From the NCBI GenBank assembly GCA_964564435.1, contig CAZMAT010000004.1, positions 8,928 to 72,927 on the forward strand: a stretch of DNA of 64,000 nucleotides, in the 5' to 3' direction. Positions 17,430 to 25,323 of this stretch are shown one piece after another. A program made the position numbers and the translations under genes. The notes below the pieces were generated by a model. It did no database searches. It worked only from the letters and a program-made list of their open reading frames with translations, and was not told the origin of the DNA. Source of the stretch: an uncultured bacterium (GTDB taxonomy: Bacteria; Fermentibacterota; Fermentibacteria; Fermentibacterales; Fermentibacteraceae). Position 1 is the first letter of the stretch. The number at the start of each line of letters is the position of its first letter.

Positions 17430-19178
17430 TCACGGATCGTCGGTCGAGGAGTTCGACGGAGCCCAACCTGGTCTGAGATCCCTTTCCGCCGTCAGCTCGG
17501 ACGCTTTCGAGTACGTCCAGGGCTCGATCCTTGCCACGCCTGCCTCCATCCAGAACAGGTAGGCGTTCCTGCCCGGGAAGACCGACTCCATGGCCGCCAG
17601 ATCGTCCCCGGGCGACTGGTGGGCGCAGAAGACGAAGTTGCCGTCGAGGAAGGGGTCCGTGGCCAGGAGACCGCTCACGATGTTCGGATAGCCGTGCTCC
17701 GATGCCTCCATGAAGATGACCGCGGGCGGTTCGGCCGCTCTTTCCGCCGCTTCGACCGGGATCGTGTCGATGGCCTGCCAGGGGCCGCTCCGGAGCGCGA
17801 TCCCGTCCGGCAGGTACACCGGCAGCGTCGTGAACGCGAACAGGCCGGCCGCCGCATACACGGCGCGGCACCCCCAGCGGCCTGCAGCCTTCGACAGGCC
17901 GGCGGCGCAGAGCAGGGCGAAGCACGGGAGCGCCGTGTAGTAGTGCCTGGGCCCGTAGTCTATCGAGGCGGAATAGTGCAGGATCATGAACGGGGCGAAC
18001 ACTGCGATGGAGCCCGCGACAAGCGCCCATCTCCCCCTGTCGCGGCCGTCGATGAACGCGAACAGGGGCGGCAGGAGGGACAGGAACGGCCAGCCCAGGA
18101 GGATCGTGCTCCCCGCCCCCGCCTGCTTCGCGAGGTTCATCAGACCTCTGAGCGGCGTATGCGCCCGGTCGCCGTACTCGGGGAACCAGGCCCTGTCCGG
18201 GCCGAATCCTATGAGCCCGCCACCCCTTGCGAGATCGTAGGCCGGCGTGAAGGGGTCGCCGGTGTAGAACCGGTTGGCCGCCAGCAGGAACAGGACGGGC
18301 GGGATCGCGCCGGCCGCTATCCTGGCCAGGGCCGGGAAGGCCCCGGACCGGAGCGTGAAGAGCAGGGCGACCGTGATGGTGACGGCCCAGGGAAGGACAG
18401 TGTACGGCTTCGTGCAGAGCGAGAGCCCGAGGAGGAATCCCGCGGCTGCCTGTAGCCATCCGCTCCTCCCCGCCCCCCGGACGCTCCGCACGATCAGACA
18501 GAGGGCCCAGACCACGAGCGCGAGCTCCGTGTTGTGGGCCATGTGGGTGGGTGCCATGAAGAGGAGGAAGGGAGAAAGGGCCATGATGACAAGGGCGGTC
18601 CTGGCCACCGTCCTGCCTGCGAGGCTCCTGAAGAGAAGGAATGCGCCGGCAAGGGCGAGGACGCCCTCGAGGGGGCCCAGCAGCGGGCTGATGCCCGCAC
18701 GGGTGAACGGGGCCATCACGAGTGCGTGCAGCGGGGTGTACATCGTGAACCACATGCCGTCGTGGAACACGAAGTGCCTGAAGGGGAAGAGGTCCCTGGG
18801 GCTGTCTACGCCGGGGGCGGGGGCGGCGGCCTCTCCTCTGGCGTAGATCGTGCTCTGGATGTAGTAGGCCGCCTCGTCCCCGCCCCTGGGCATCCCCTCG
18901 AGCGGCCCGAAGGCCATCCAGGCAGTAAAGGCGAACACCGGGACCGAGACAGCAGCGAAGAACACGGCATCGCCCGGGCCGTCGACCATCCTCCTGGCAA
19001 GGTCCATCGGCCTGCGCTCGCCTCGCAGCGAGGCTGCGAACAGCAGCGCCGCCGGGACGAGTGTGACGAGCTGGACCGCCTTGTCGGCAGGACCCGACAG
19101 CCTCGAGCCCGAGCCGGCATAGACTGCGAAGGCCGCGAGGAGCACGACGCAGGCGAGGAGGAGAGGAACCGGCCTCAA
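17430..19178 (-). CDS. GT-C fold membrane glycosyltransferase (PMT/ArnT-like, polyprenyl-phosphate-sugar dependent)
   Basis: 582 aa with more than 10 predicted TM segments. An acidic loop motif (PRGGDEAAYY) sits near the first loop, as in the GT39/GT83 families. It is flanked by GT2 synthases. Confidence 0.65.
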   Translation of the reverse strand: MRPVPLLLACVVLLAAFAVYAGSGSRLSGPADKAVQLVTLVPAALLFAASLRGERRPMDLARRMVDGPGDAVFFAAVSVPVFAFTAWMAFGPLEGMPRGGDEAAYYIQSTIYARGEAAAPAPGVDSPRDLFPFRHFVFHDGMWFTMYTPLHALVMAPFTRAGISPLLGPLEGVLALAGAFLLFRSLAGRTVARTALVIMALSPFLLFMAPTHMAHNTELALVVWALCLIVRSVRGAGRSGWLQAAAGFLLGLSLCTKPYTVLPWAVTITVALLFTLRSGAFPALARIAAGAIPPVLFLLAANRFYTGDPFTPAYDLARGGGLIGFGPDRAWFPEYGDRAHTPLRGLMNLAKQAGAGSTILLGWPFLSLLPPLFAFIDGRDRGRWALVAGSIAVFAPFMILHYSASIDYGPRHYYTALPCFALLCAAGLSKAAGRWGCRAVYAAAGLFAFTTLPVYLPDGIALRSGPWQAIDTIPVEAAERAAEPPAVIFMEASEHGYPNIVSGLLATDPFLDGNFVFCAHQSPGDDLAAMESVFPGRNAYLFWMEAGVARIEPWTYSKASELTAERDLRPGWAPSNSSTDDP

Positions 19179-19179
19179 A

Positions 19180-20175
19180 TCAGTATCTCCTGCCGGCGAG
19201 GGCGGCCGCGGCCGCCGAGAGCGAGGCCGGGACTATCAGCGCGAGATCGGGCCAGAGCAGGAAGCCGGCCCTGAATCCGCGGAAGCCGCCTGCCTTCGTC
19301 ATGGCCGACAGGAACGGGACGTTCACCGCGATCAGGGCCGCCAGGCTGCCCATGGCGGCAGGAAGCCCCCATCCGGCCCCGAAGGAGTAGAGGGCCCCGC
19401 AGGCCGCCGCGAGCCACGGCAGCACCGCGCCGGTGATCACCGGAAGCATCTCGCCGAAGCCCGCCACGCTGATCGAGGGGGCTCCCCTGTCCCGCCCGCG
19501 GCGCATGATGTAGAGGGCCTTCGCCCGCATCATCCTCCACTCGTAGGCGAGGAGCGATGGCACGTCGTACTCCCTGAGATGACAGACCTCGATCTCCGGG
19601 GCGATGGCGATCCTCCCGCCGAGGGCCCACAGCCTCTCCGAGAAGTCCGCATCCTCGATGGTGGCACCCCTGATCCTCTCGTCGAAGCCGCCCAGCTCTG
19701 CGAAACGCTCGCGGGTGACGGCGAAGAAGAAGGTGCCGCATCCCTTGATATGAGGGCCCCTGATCCTCCGGGTGAAGGTGTAGTGGTAGTAGAAGTTCTT
19801 GTAGAACGTCGCGGCGCCTCTGCCCGGAGCATCCGGGCCGTACACCGCCTGGACCGCGTCGGCTACATCCATCCTGTCCTCGAGCATCCCCCTCCAGCCG
19901 GCAGGGGGCACCGCATCCGCGTCGAGGAAGAGGATCCAGGCTGTCTCCGCAAGTCTCCCGCCCGTGTTCCTGGCGCATGCAGCGCCGGGGCCGCCCGCGG
20001 ACGGGACCGTCTCGATCCCCATGGAGTCGAGCAGTTCCCGGGACCCATCGGAAGACCTGTCGTCCACGGCGATGATCCGGTCTCCCGGGAGCAGGCCCTC
20101 CCGGGCGGCGCGTGCGACTCTGCCGAGGGTCGATGCTCCATCGTGGACAGGCATTACGACAGTGACCGAAGGCAC
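19180..20175 (-). CDS. family-2 glycosyltransferase with C-terminal membrane anchor (paralog of 15601-16614)
   Basis: The motifs are VTVVMPVHDG, IIAVDDRSSDGS and LDADAV. A hydrophobic C-terminal tail ends ...GRRY. Confidence 0.8.
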   Translation of the reverse strand: MPSVTVVMPVHDGASTLGRVARAAREGLLPGDRIIAVDDRSSDGSRELLDSMGIETVPSAGGPGAACARNTGGRLAETAWILFLDADAVPPAGWRGMLEDRMDVADAVQAVYGPDAPGRGAATFYKNFYYHYTFTRRIRGPHIKGCGTFFFAVTRERFAELGGFDERIRGATIEDADFSERLWALGGRIAIAPEIEVCHLREYDVPSLLAYEWRMMRAKALYIMRRGRDRGAPSISVAGFGEMLPVITGAVLPWLAAACGALYSFGAGWGLPAAMGSLAALIAVNVPFLSAMTKAGGFRGFRAGFLLWPDLALIVPASLSAAAAALAGRRY

Positions 20176-20176
20176 G

Positions 20177-21616
20177 CTACTTCTTCCGACGGCTCTTCTC
20201 GAACTGCTCCGACGCCATCATGAGCAGGCTCTTCGCTCCGTGCCACACGGCGCGGAGCTGGAAGGGCGACGAGATGTTCCTGAACCTGTAGAGGAGGAAC
20301 GATGGCCTGAAGAAGTACCTGATGTAGGCCAGGCGCCGCAGCTCCATGATCTGGTCGCCGGTCATGGTGAAGGGTACGAAGCAGGGCCTGTCGAGCAGCA
20401 TGCCCTGGTCGTTCAGGCGGCTGCTCATCGAACCGTACTTGCCCTGCTCGACACCCCGGTACAGGGCTGTTCCCGGGAAGGGGGTGATGGGGAAGAACTC
20501 GACGGTGAAGCTGCCGAGCCTCTTCGCGAACTCGATCGTCCGGAGCCCCTCCTCGAAAGTCTCGCCGGGGATCCCGAAGATGTAGGTCGTGTGGGTCTTG
20601 ATCCCCACGCTGTGGGCCATGCGCACGGCGAGCTCTATCCGCTCGATCTTCTCCCTCTTCACCAGCGTGTCGAGGTTCTTCTGCACTCCGCTCTCCACGC
20701 CGAAGTTGATGCACCAGCATCCAGAGTCCTTCATGGCGCGAAGTATCTTCCTGTCCACCGCATCCGCACGGCACGAGCACCACCAGCGGACGTTCAGGTC
20801 GCGCTTCGTGAGTTCCTCGCAGAATGCGTACGTGTGTGCGTGGCTGTAGGTGAAGTGCTCGTCCCAGAACTTGATCTCCCGGGCGCCGTATCTCTTCACA
20901 TAGTATTCGATCTCGTCCACGACCCGCTTCGGGTCCCTCAGGCGTATCCTCCTGCCGTACATCTTGTAGCAGTAGAGGCAGGTGCCGCTGCAGCCGCGGC
21001 TGGCGAGCGTCTGCATGACCGGTAGGGTGGAAACCTGCTCGAAGCTCGGGTAATACCTGTCCATCTCGCAGAGATCGACAGCGGGGAAGGGAAGGGAGTC
21101 GAGATCCTCCACAAGCGGCCTGTTCGCAGTGCGCACCATCCCGCCGGACGGATTCCTGAAGGCGAGGCCTGCGACTCCGTCCAGAGGCCTTCCGCACGCG
21201 ACTGCATCGATCATCTCGCCCGCGGTGGCTTCGCCTTCGCCGATCACAACCGCGTCGAGATCAGCGCACTCCGACAGCATCCTCTCGGGCATGGCCGTTG
21301 CTCCGTGGCCGCCTATGAACGTGAAGATCGAGGGGTTGTCGCGCCTCGCGGCCTCGATGAACGGGGAGGCCTTGTGCCACAACAGGCTGATGACGTAGAC
21401 CCCGAGGGCCTCGGCACCGAACTCCGCCACCCGCTTCCGCATGTCCTCGCTGGAATGGAAGAAGCCCTCGAGGTAGATGACCTCGTGACCGCGTTCCCGG
21501 AGCACCGCAGCTATGTACTGCATGCCCGGGGTCGGCCAGCATCCCGCTATCCCCCTGGTATCGTTCGCCCTGATGTCATCGGGTCCCCAGGGCGGGACTA
21601 CAAGCGCGACACGCAT
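20177..21616 (-). CDS. cobalamin-binding (class B) radical SAM enzyme
   Basis: Start at ATG 21616 (MRVALVVPPWG) follows GAGG. The cluster motif reads SRGCSGTCLYCY. The upstream in-frame residues of the 21736 ORF look non-coding. Confidence 0.85.
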   Translation of the reverse strand: MRVALVVPPWGPDDIRANDTRGIAGCWPTPGMQYIAAVLRERGHEVIYLEGFFHSSEDMRKRVAEFGAEALGVYVISLLWHKASPFIEAARRDNPSIFTFIGGHGATAMPERMLSECADLDAVVIGEGEATAGEMIDAVACGRPLDGVAGLAFRNPSGGMVRTANRPLVEDLDSLPFPAVDLCEMDRYYPSFEQVSTLPVMQTLASRGCSGTCLYCYKMYGRRIRLRDPKRVVDEIEYYVKRYGAREIKFWDEHFTYSHAHTYAFCEELTKRDLNVRWWCSCRADAVDRKILRAMKDSGCWCINFGVESGVQKNLDTLVKREKIERIELAVRMAHSVGIKTHTTYIFGIPGETFEEGLRTIEFAKRLGSFTVEFFPITPFPGTALYRGVEQGKYGSMSSRLNDQGMLLDRPCFVPFTMTGDQIMELRRLAYIRYFFRPSFLLYRFRNISSPFQLRAVWHGAKSLLMMASEQFEKSRRKK

Positions 21617-21750
21617 CGGCCGACCTCTTTCGCAAATGGTTGCAGAATATGGCAGCCCCCGCCCGGCCGTGCCAACGCGGTTCTGCCCGGGAGAACCGGG
21701 ATATGTCCGGGCTCGTGCTTGTACACGACTCCACATGGGGCTATACTGAT

Positions 21751-22197
21751 ATGGAAGGTTCCCCGGCCCCTGGCGGCACTGACCGGAGGTGGGACGTGAT
21801 CGCCGAAGGATTCTGGGAATTCGCGAAGACCACGGTCATCGCCGTCGCCGCTCTGTTCGCCCTGCTCGTGGTGATGCTGGCGCTGCCTCACTCGCCCTTC
21901 CGGAGGGTCTTCCTCAGGGCTGCCGCATGGCTGCTGGGCGCCACGACCCTGGTGGCGCTGGTCTACATCATCAGCCCCGCCGACCTTCTGCCGGACGTCA
22001 TCCCCCTGCTCGGGCAGATCGACGATCTGGGCGCGCTGGTGAGTGCCGTGACGACGGGTGTCGCGGCAGCTGCTGCTGCGGTCGGTTCGAGGAAGGTCCC
22101 GCCCTCGCCCGATGGTTCGAGAGAGATAGTGATCGAACCTTCGGACGGGGAGACGGACGCGGCCGACCGGCCGGGGGGCATCGACACGGGGAGATAG
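21751..22197 (+). CDS. DUF1232 (YkvA-like) small membrane protein
   Basis: The signature ISPADLLPDVIPLLGQIDDLGAL precedes a TM helix. It is divergent from the rSAM/GT operon. Confidence 0.55.
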   Translation: MEGSPAPGGTDRRWDVIAEGFWEFAKTTVIAVAALFALLVVMLALPHSPFRRVFLRAAAWLLGATTLVALVYIISPADLLPDVIPLLGQIDDLGALVSAVTTGVAAAAAAVGSRKVPPSPDGSREIVIEPSDGETDAADRPGGIDTGR

Positions 22198-22211
22198 CGG
22201 AGGGAGTCCCC

Positions 22212-22352
22212 ATGAGATTCTGTATCGGATCCAGGTGGAACCTGGCGGCAATCCTCGTCCTCTCCACCGCGGGACCCGCAGCCGCCGGGTCGCAGGGCGG
22301 GCAGCAGGCCCGCGACATCCCGTCCGACGGAGAGCGCTTCGTCTTCACCTGA
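22212..22352 (+). CDS. short signal-peptide ORF, possibly the N-terminus of a frameshifted secreted protein continuing in the +1 frame to 22807
   Basis: A strong RBS (GGAGGGAG) precedes ATG 22212 and a clean signal peptide (MRFCIGSRWNLAAILVLSTAGPAAAGSQ). A stop comes after 47 aa. The adjacent frame stays open with Thr/Ser/Gly-rich, beta-strand-like sequence as far as 22807. Confidence 0.3.
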   Translation: MRFCIGSRWNLAAILVLSTAGPAAAGSQGGQQARDIPSDGERFVFT

Positions 22353-22841
22353 ACTTCTTCTACGAATGGCAGGGTCCCGACGGTTCGCAGATCGCATGGA
22401 GCGCCGACCAGAACTCCTGCAGCATATTGCTCACCGCGATGCACAATTCCCTGACGGATACGTGGGGGATCGGAGGGGACGGCGACATCCCCGTGATTGT
22501 CACCATCGTCACTCCCGACGGGGCCATGACCGGTGCGGGTTCGACCTCGGTGGACGTGGGAGGGTCGATTCGAAACGGGCTCGTCACCCTGACGGTCCTC
22601 GAGACGACGGGCGGCTTCTACACGATTACGGTCTACGAGTATTCCATGACCCTCTTCACCACCGAGAACACCAGCAGCCACGAGGTCGTCTTCACGTGGG
22701 AGGCCGCATCCACCACCGGCGACATGGTGAGTATCGGCACTGAAAACGGGTACATATCGGCGACCCTGGAACCCTACGACGCCTGGGACCCCGGGTTGCA
22801 GCCCTGATCCCCCGGCTGGGGCGGCGGAGGAAGGAGAGGAG

Positions 22842-23111
22842 ATGGCGAGATCCTACAGGTACAGGTTCGGCGGTTCGGCAGCGACGCTCGTCCTCAACAT
22901 GAAGAGGATGGCCGATGCCAACCACGTCGACTTCTCCGGTGACGACAAGGCCGGCGAGGTCGAGGGCATGGGCGCCAAGGGCTCCTATGCCATCGAAGGC
23001 GACGAGGTCACCGTCACCATCCACAGAATCCCCTTCATCATCTCCTGGGGTACCGTGGAGGAGCAGCTCGACAGCACGGCGAGAACCTGGGGCGCCACCC
23101 GGATGACATGA
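22842..23111 (+). CDS. small hypothetical protein (89 aa)
   Basis: A strong RBS (GGAAGGAGAGGAG) precedes the ATG. The sequence is acidic and non-repetitive. Confidence 0.5.
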   Translation: MARSYRYRFGGSAATLVLNMKRMADANHVDFSGDDKAGEVEGMGAKGSYAIEGDEVTVTIHRIPFIISWGTVEEQLDSTARTWGATRMT

Positions 23112-23213
23112 AGCCCTGCGGGGCTGCCGCTGCCCCGGGAGCCTTGCACACAGGCCCCCGATGGAATAAACTCGCAGAAAGGAGGCAGGGAGGGGTTCCG
23201 GCATGGCAGAACC

Positions 23214-23243
23214 TTGACCTTGATGGAGCATTATCGAAATAAT
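23214..23243 (+). promoter_or_regulatory. candidate sigma70 promoter (TTGACC-18-AATAAT) for the OmpA-family gene
   Basis: Good hexamers lie 37 nt upstream of the RBS AGGAGGAA and the ATG at 23280. Confidence 0.4.
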
Positions 23244-23279
23244 CCGTGTCCACCAACCATTCGCCAGAAGGAGGAATCG

Positions 23280-25196
23280 ATGAAGTATCGTCTTATGGCA
23301 GTTGTGCTTGTCCTCGCGGGAGCAGCCTCGGCACTCCCTTCCTGGTGGGGCACCAGAGGCCTCAACAGGGTGGTCGATGCGCGCACCGTAGGGGCCGGCA
23401 AGTACAATGTCGGGCTCTTCGCGAACCTCGGGCTGTCGGGTGACGAGCGCACCGCCGTCATCGGCAACGAGGAGATGGAGATCACGAACACCGAGTACGA
23501 CGGCACCGGCTACATCGTTGCCGGCTTCGGCCTCGGGCGCGCTGCAGAACTCGGTCTCCGCGTCAACTACCTCGTCAACCAGATGAAGAGGGACGGCGAC
23601 AGCGCCGAGATCTCGGGCGACTGGGAGGGCGACGACGGCTTCAGCGAGGCTACCGCCTCCCTGAAGTGGAACATCAACCCGAACGCGAACTCCGTCTGGT
23701 TCGGCATCATGCCCTGGGCGTCCTTCGCTCTCTACGACGGCGGCAACAGCAGCTACGTGGTGAACGGCGACGGCTGGGACGGCATCTGGCTGAACGACGA
23801 GGGCATCTTCGAGCTCCGCAGGCCCATGATCAGCGCCGGCAGCTTCAGCTACGGCGCCAACCTGCTCACCACGTTCAACCTCGATCCCGCCGCCCTGCAC
23901 GTCAACCTGGGCTACCACAAGTTCAACCAGTCCTTCGAGTACACCGACCTCCGCTACAACGCCGCCCACGAGGTCACCGCCACCCAGGACGTCGACATCG
24001 AAGTCGAGGATGCGGTCCTCTACACCGGCGCCGGCATCGAGTACCCGGTCGGCACCACGACCCTCTTCGCCGAGGTCGAGTGGCGCCACTTCATGGACAG
24101 GAACTACGACCACGGCGACGGCGAGGATTATGACGACATAATCCAGGTCGCCCCCGGTGTCCGCTTCAACAACGACGGCCTCGCCATCGACGTCACCGGC
24201 TCCTTCGCCCTGACCGACTTCAGCCCCGAGTGGAGCGACCTCGGCCATGGCATCTACCAGTCCGGCGGCACCCCCACCGAGCAGGAAAGGGCAGACCGCT
24301 CGCCCTTCCCGCAGGGCTACGCCCCCAAGATGGGCCTCGGGATAGGCCTCTCCTACACCGGCACGTTCCGCAACCCTCCCGCCGAGATCGGCGGCAGGGT
24401 CTACGACTCCGCGACGGGCGAAGCCCTCTACGGCACCGTCACCGCCTCCAGGGACGACGTGGAGCCGGTCAGCACGACCCAGGAGGGTTCCTACGCGATG
24501 GAAGCCTCCAGGGGCGAGATCACCCTCACGGGTTCCGCCGAGGGCTACCTCCCCTCGAGCGAGACTGTCGATCTGGCTTCGGGCGGCACCTACACGGTCG
24601 ACTTCCCGCTTACCCGGATCGAGACCTCGGGTGTCGTCACCGGCACCGTCACGGACATCGCCACCGGCCAGCCCCTGGACGCCATCGTGTCCAGCGGCTC
24701 GGTCCAGTCCCAGACCGCTTCCGACGGCTCCTACTCCATCGAGCTGCCCTCGGGCAACAGGAACCTCACCGCGACGGCCTCCGCCTACGGGCCCGAGTCG
24801 GCGATGGTCAGCGTGCCCGCCGGCGCTTCGGCCGAGCACGACTTCCAGCTCGGCCTCGTGGTCGACTTCGACAAGGTCTACTTCGACCTCGACAGCTCCG
24901 TCCTGAGGCGTGACGCCAAGGAGGCCCTCGACGAGATCGCGGCCTTCCTCGCGGCCAACCCCGGCGTGAGCGTCACGATCACCGGCAACACCTGCGACCT
25001 CGGCGAGGAGGCCTACAACCAGGCCCTCGCGGAGCGCAGGGCCGAAGCCGTCCGCTCCTACCTCATCTCCAAGGGCGTCAGCGAGTCCAGGCTCCAGACC
25101 GTGAGCTACGGCGAGTCCAGGCCCGATGCCCCGAACACCGACGAGGAGCACAGGGCCCTCAACCGCAGAGCCGAGTTCGTCATCCTCGGCCGCTAG
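23280..25196 (+). CDS. OmpA-family outer-membrane protein (N-terminal beta-barrel, Thr/Ser-rich Ig-like/carboxypeptidase-regulatory-like repeats, C-terminal OmpA peptidoglycan-binding domain)
   Basis: It has a signal peptide (MKYRLMAVVLVLAGAASA). The C-terminal OmpA_C motif reads VYFDLDSSVL...TGNTCDLGEEAYNQALAERRAEAV...NRRAEF. Confidence 0.85.
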   Translation: MKYRLMAVVLVLAGAASALPSWWGTRGLNRVVDARTVGAGKYNVGLFANLGLSGDERTAVIGNEEMEITNTEYDGTGYIVAGFGLGRAAELGLRVNYLVNQMKRDGDSAEISGDWEGDDGFSEATASLKWNINPNANSVWFGIMPWASFALYDGGNSSYVVNGDGWDGIWLNDEGIFELRRPMISAGSFSYGANLLTTFNLDPAALHVNLGYHKFNQSFEYTDLRYNAAHEVTATQDVDIEVEDAVLYTGAGIEYPVGTTTLFAEVEWRHFMDRNYDHGDGEDYDDIIQVAPGVRFNNDGLAIDVTGSFALTDFSPEWSDLGHGIYQSGGTPTEQERADRSPFPQGYAPKMGLGIGLSYTGTFRNPPAEIGGRVYDSATGEALYGTVTASRDDVEPVSTTQEGSYAMEASRGEITLTGSAEGYLPSSETVDLASGGTYTVDFPLTRIETSGVVTGTVTDIATGQPLDAIVSSGSVQSQTASDGSYSIELPSGNRNLTATASAYGPESAMVSVPAGASAEHDFQLGLVVDFDKVYFDLDSSVLRRDAKEALDEIAAFLAANPGVSVTITGNTCDLGEEAYNQALAERRAEAVRSYLISKGVSESRLQTVSYGESRPDAPNTDEEHRALNRRAEFVILGR

Positions 25197-25213
25197 CGGC
25201 ACATGTCCGCAGG

Positions 25214-25245
25214 GGGGGCGGGAGCGATCCCGCCCCCTTTCCTTT
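25214..25245 (+). terminator. Rho-independent terminator (gggggcggga-gcga-tcccgccccc followed by TTTCCTTT)
   Basis: A 10-bp GC stem and a T-rich tail lie 18 nt after the OmpA-family stop. Confidence 0.55.
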
Positions 25246-25323
25246 GCCGTTGCCCCCGGCATCTCCCTGTGCGAGATTCGACCCAGCCGGTCTTGCCGGT
25301 CCCCTGTCCGGCCGGAGGGTGGG

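Noticed and set aside
22692-25262. 856-aa minus-strand ORF covering the OmpA-family gene
   Set aside because: Translation is Gly/Ala/Val/Asp repeat-like and antisense to a gene with a signal peptide and OmpA_C motifs.
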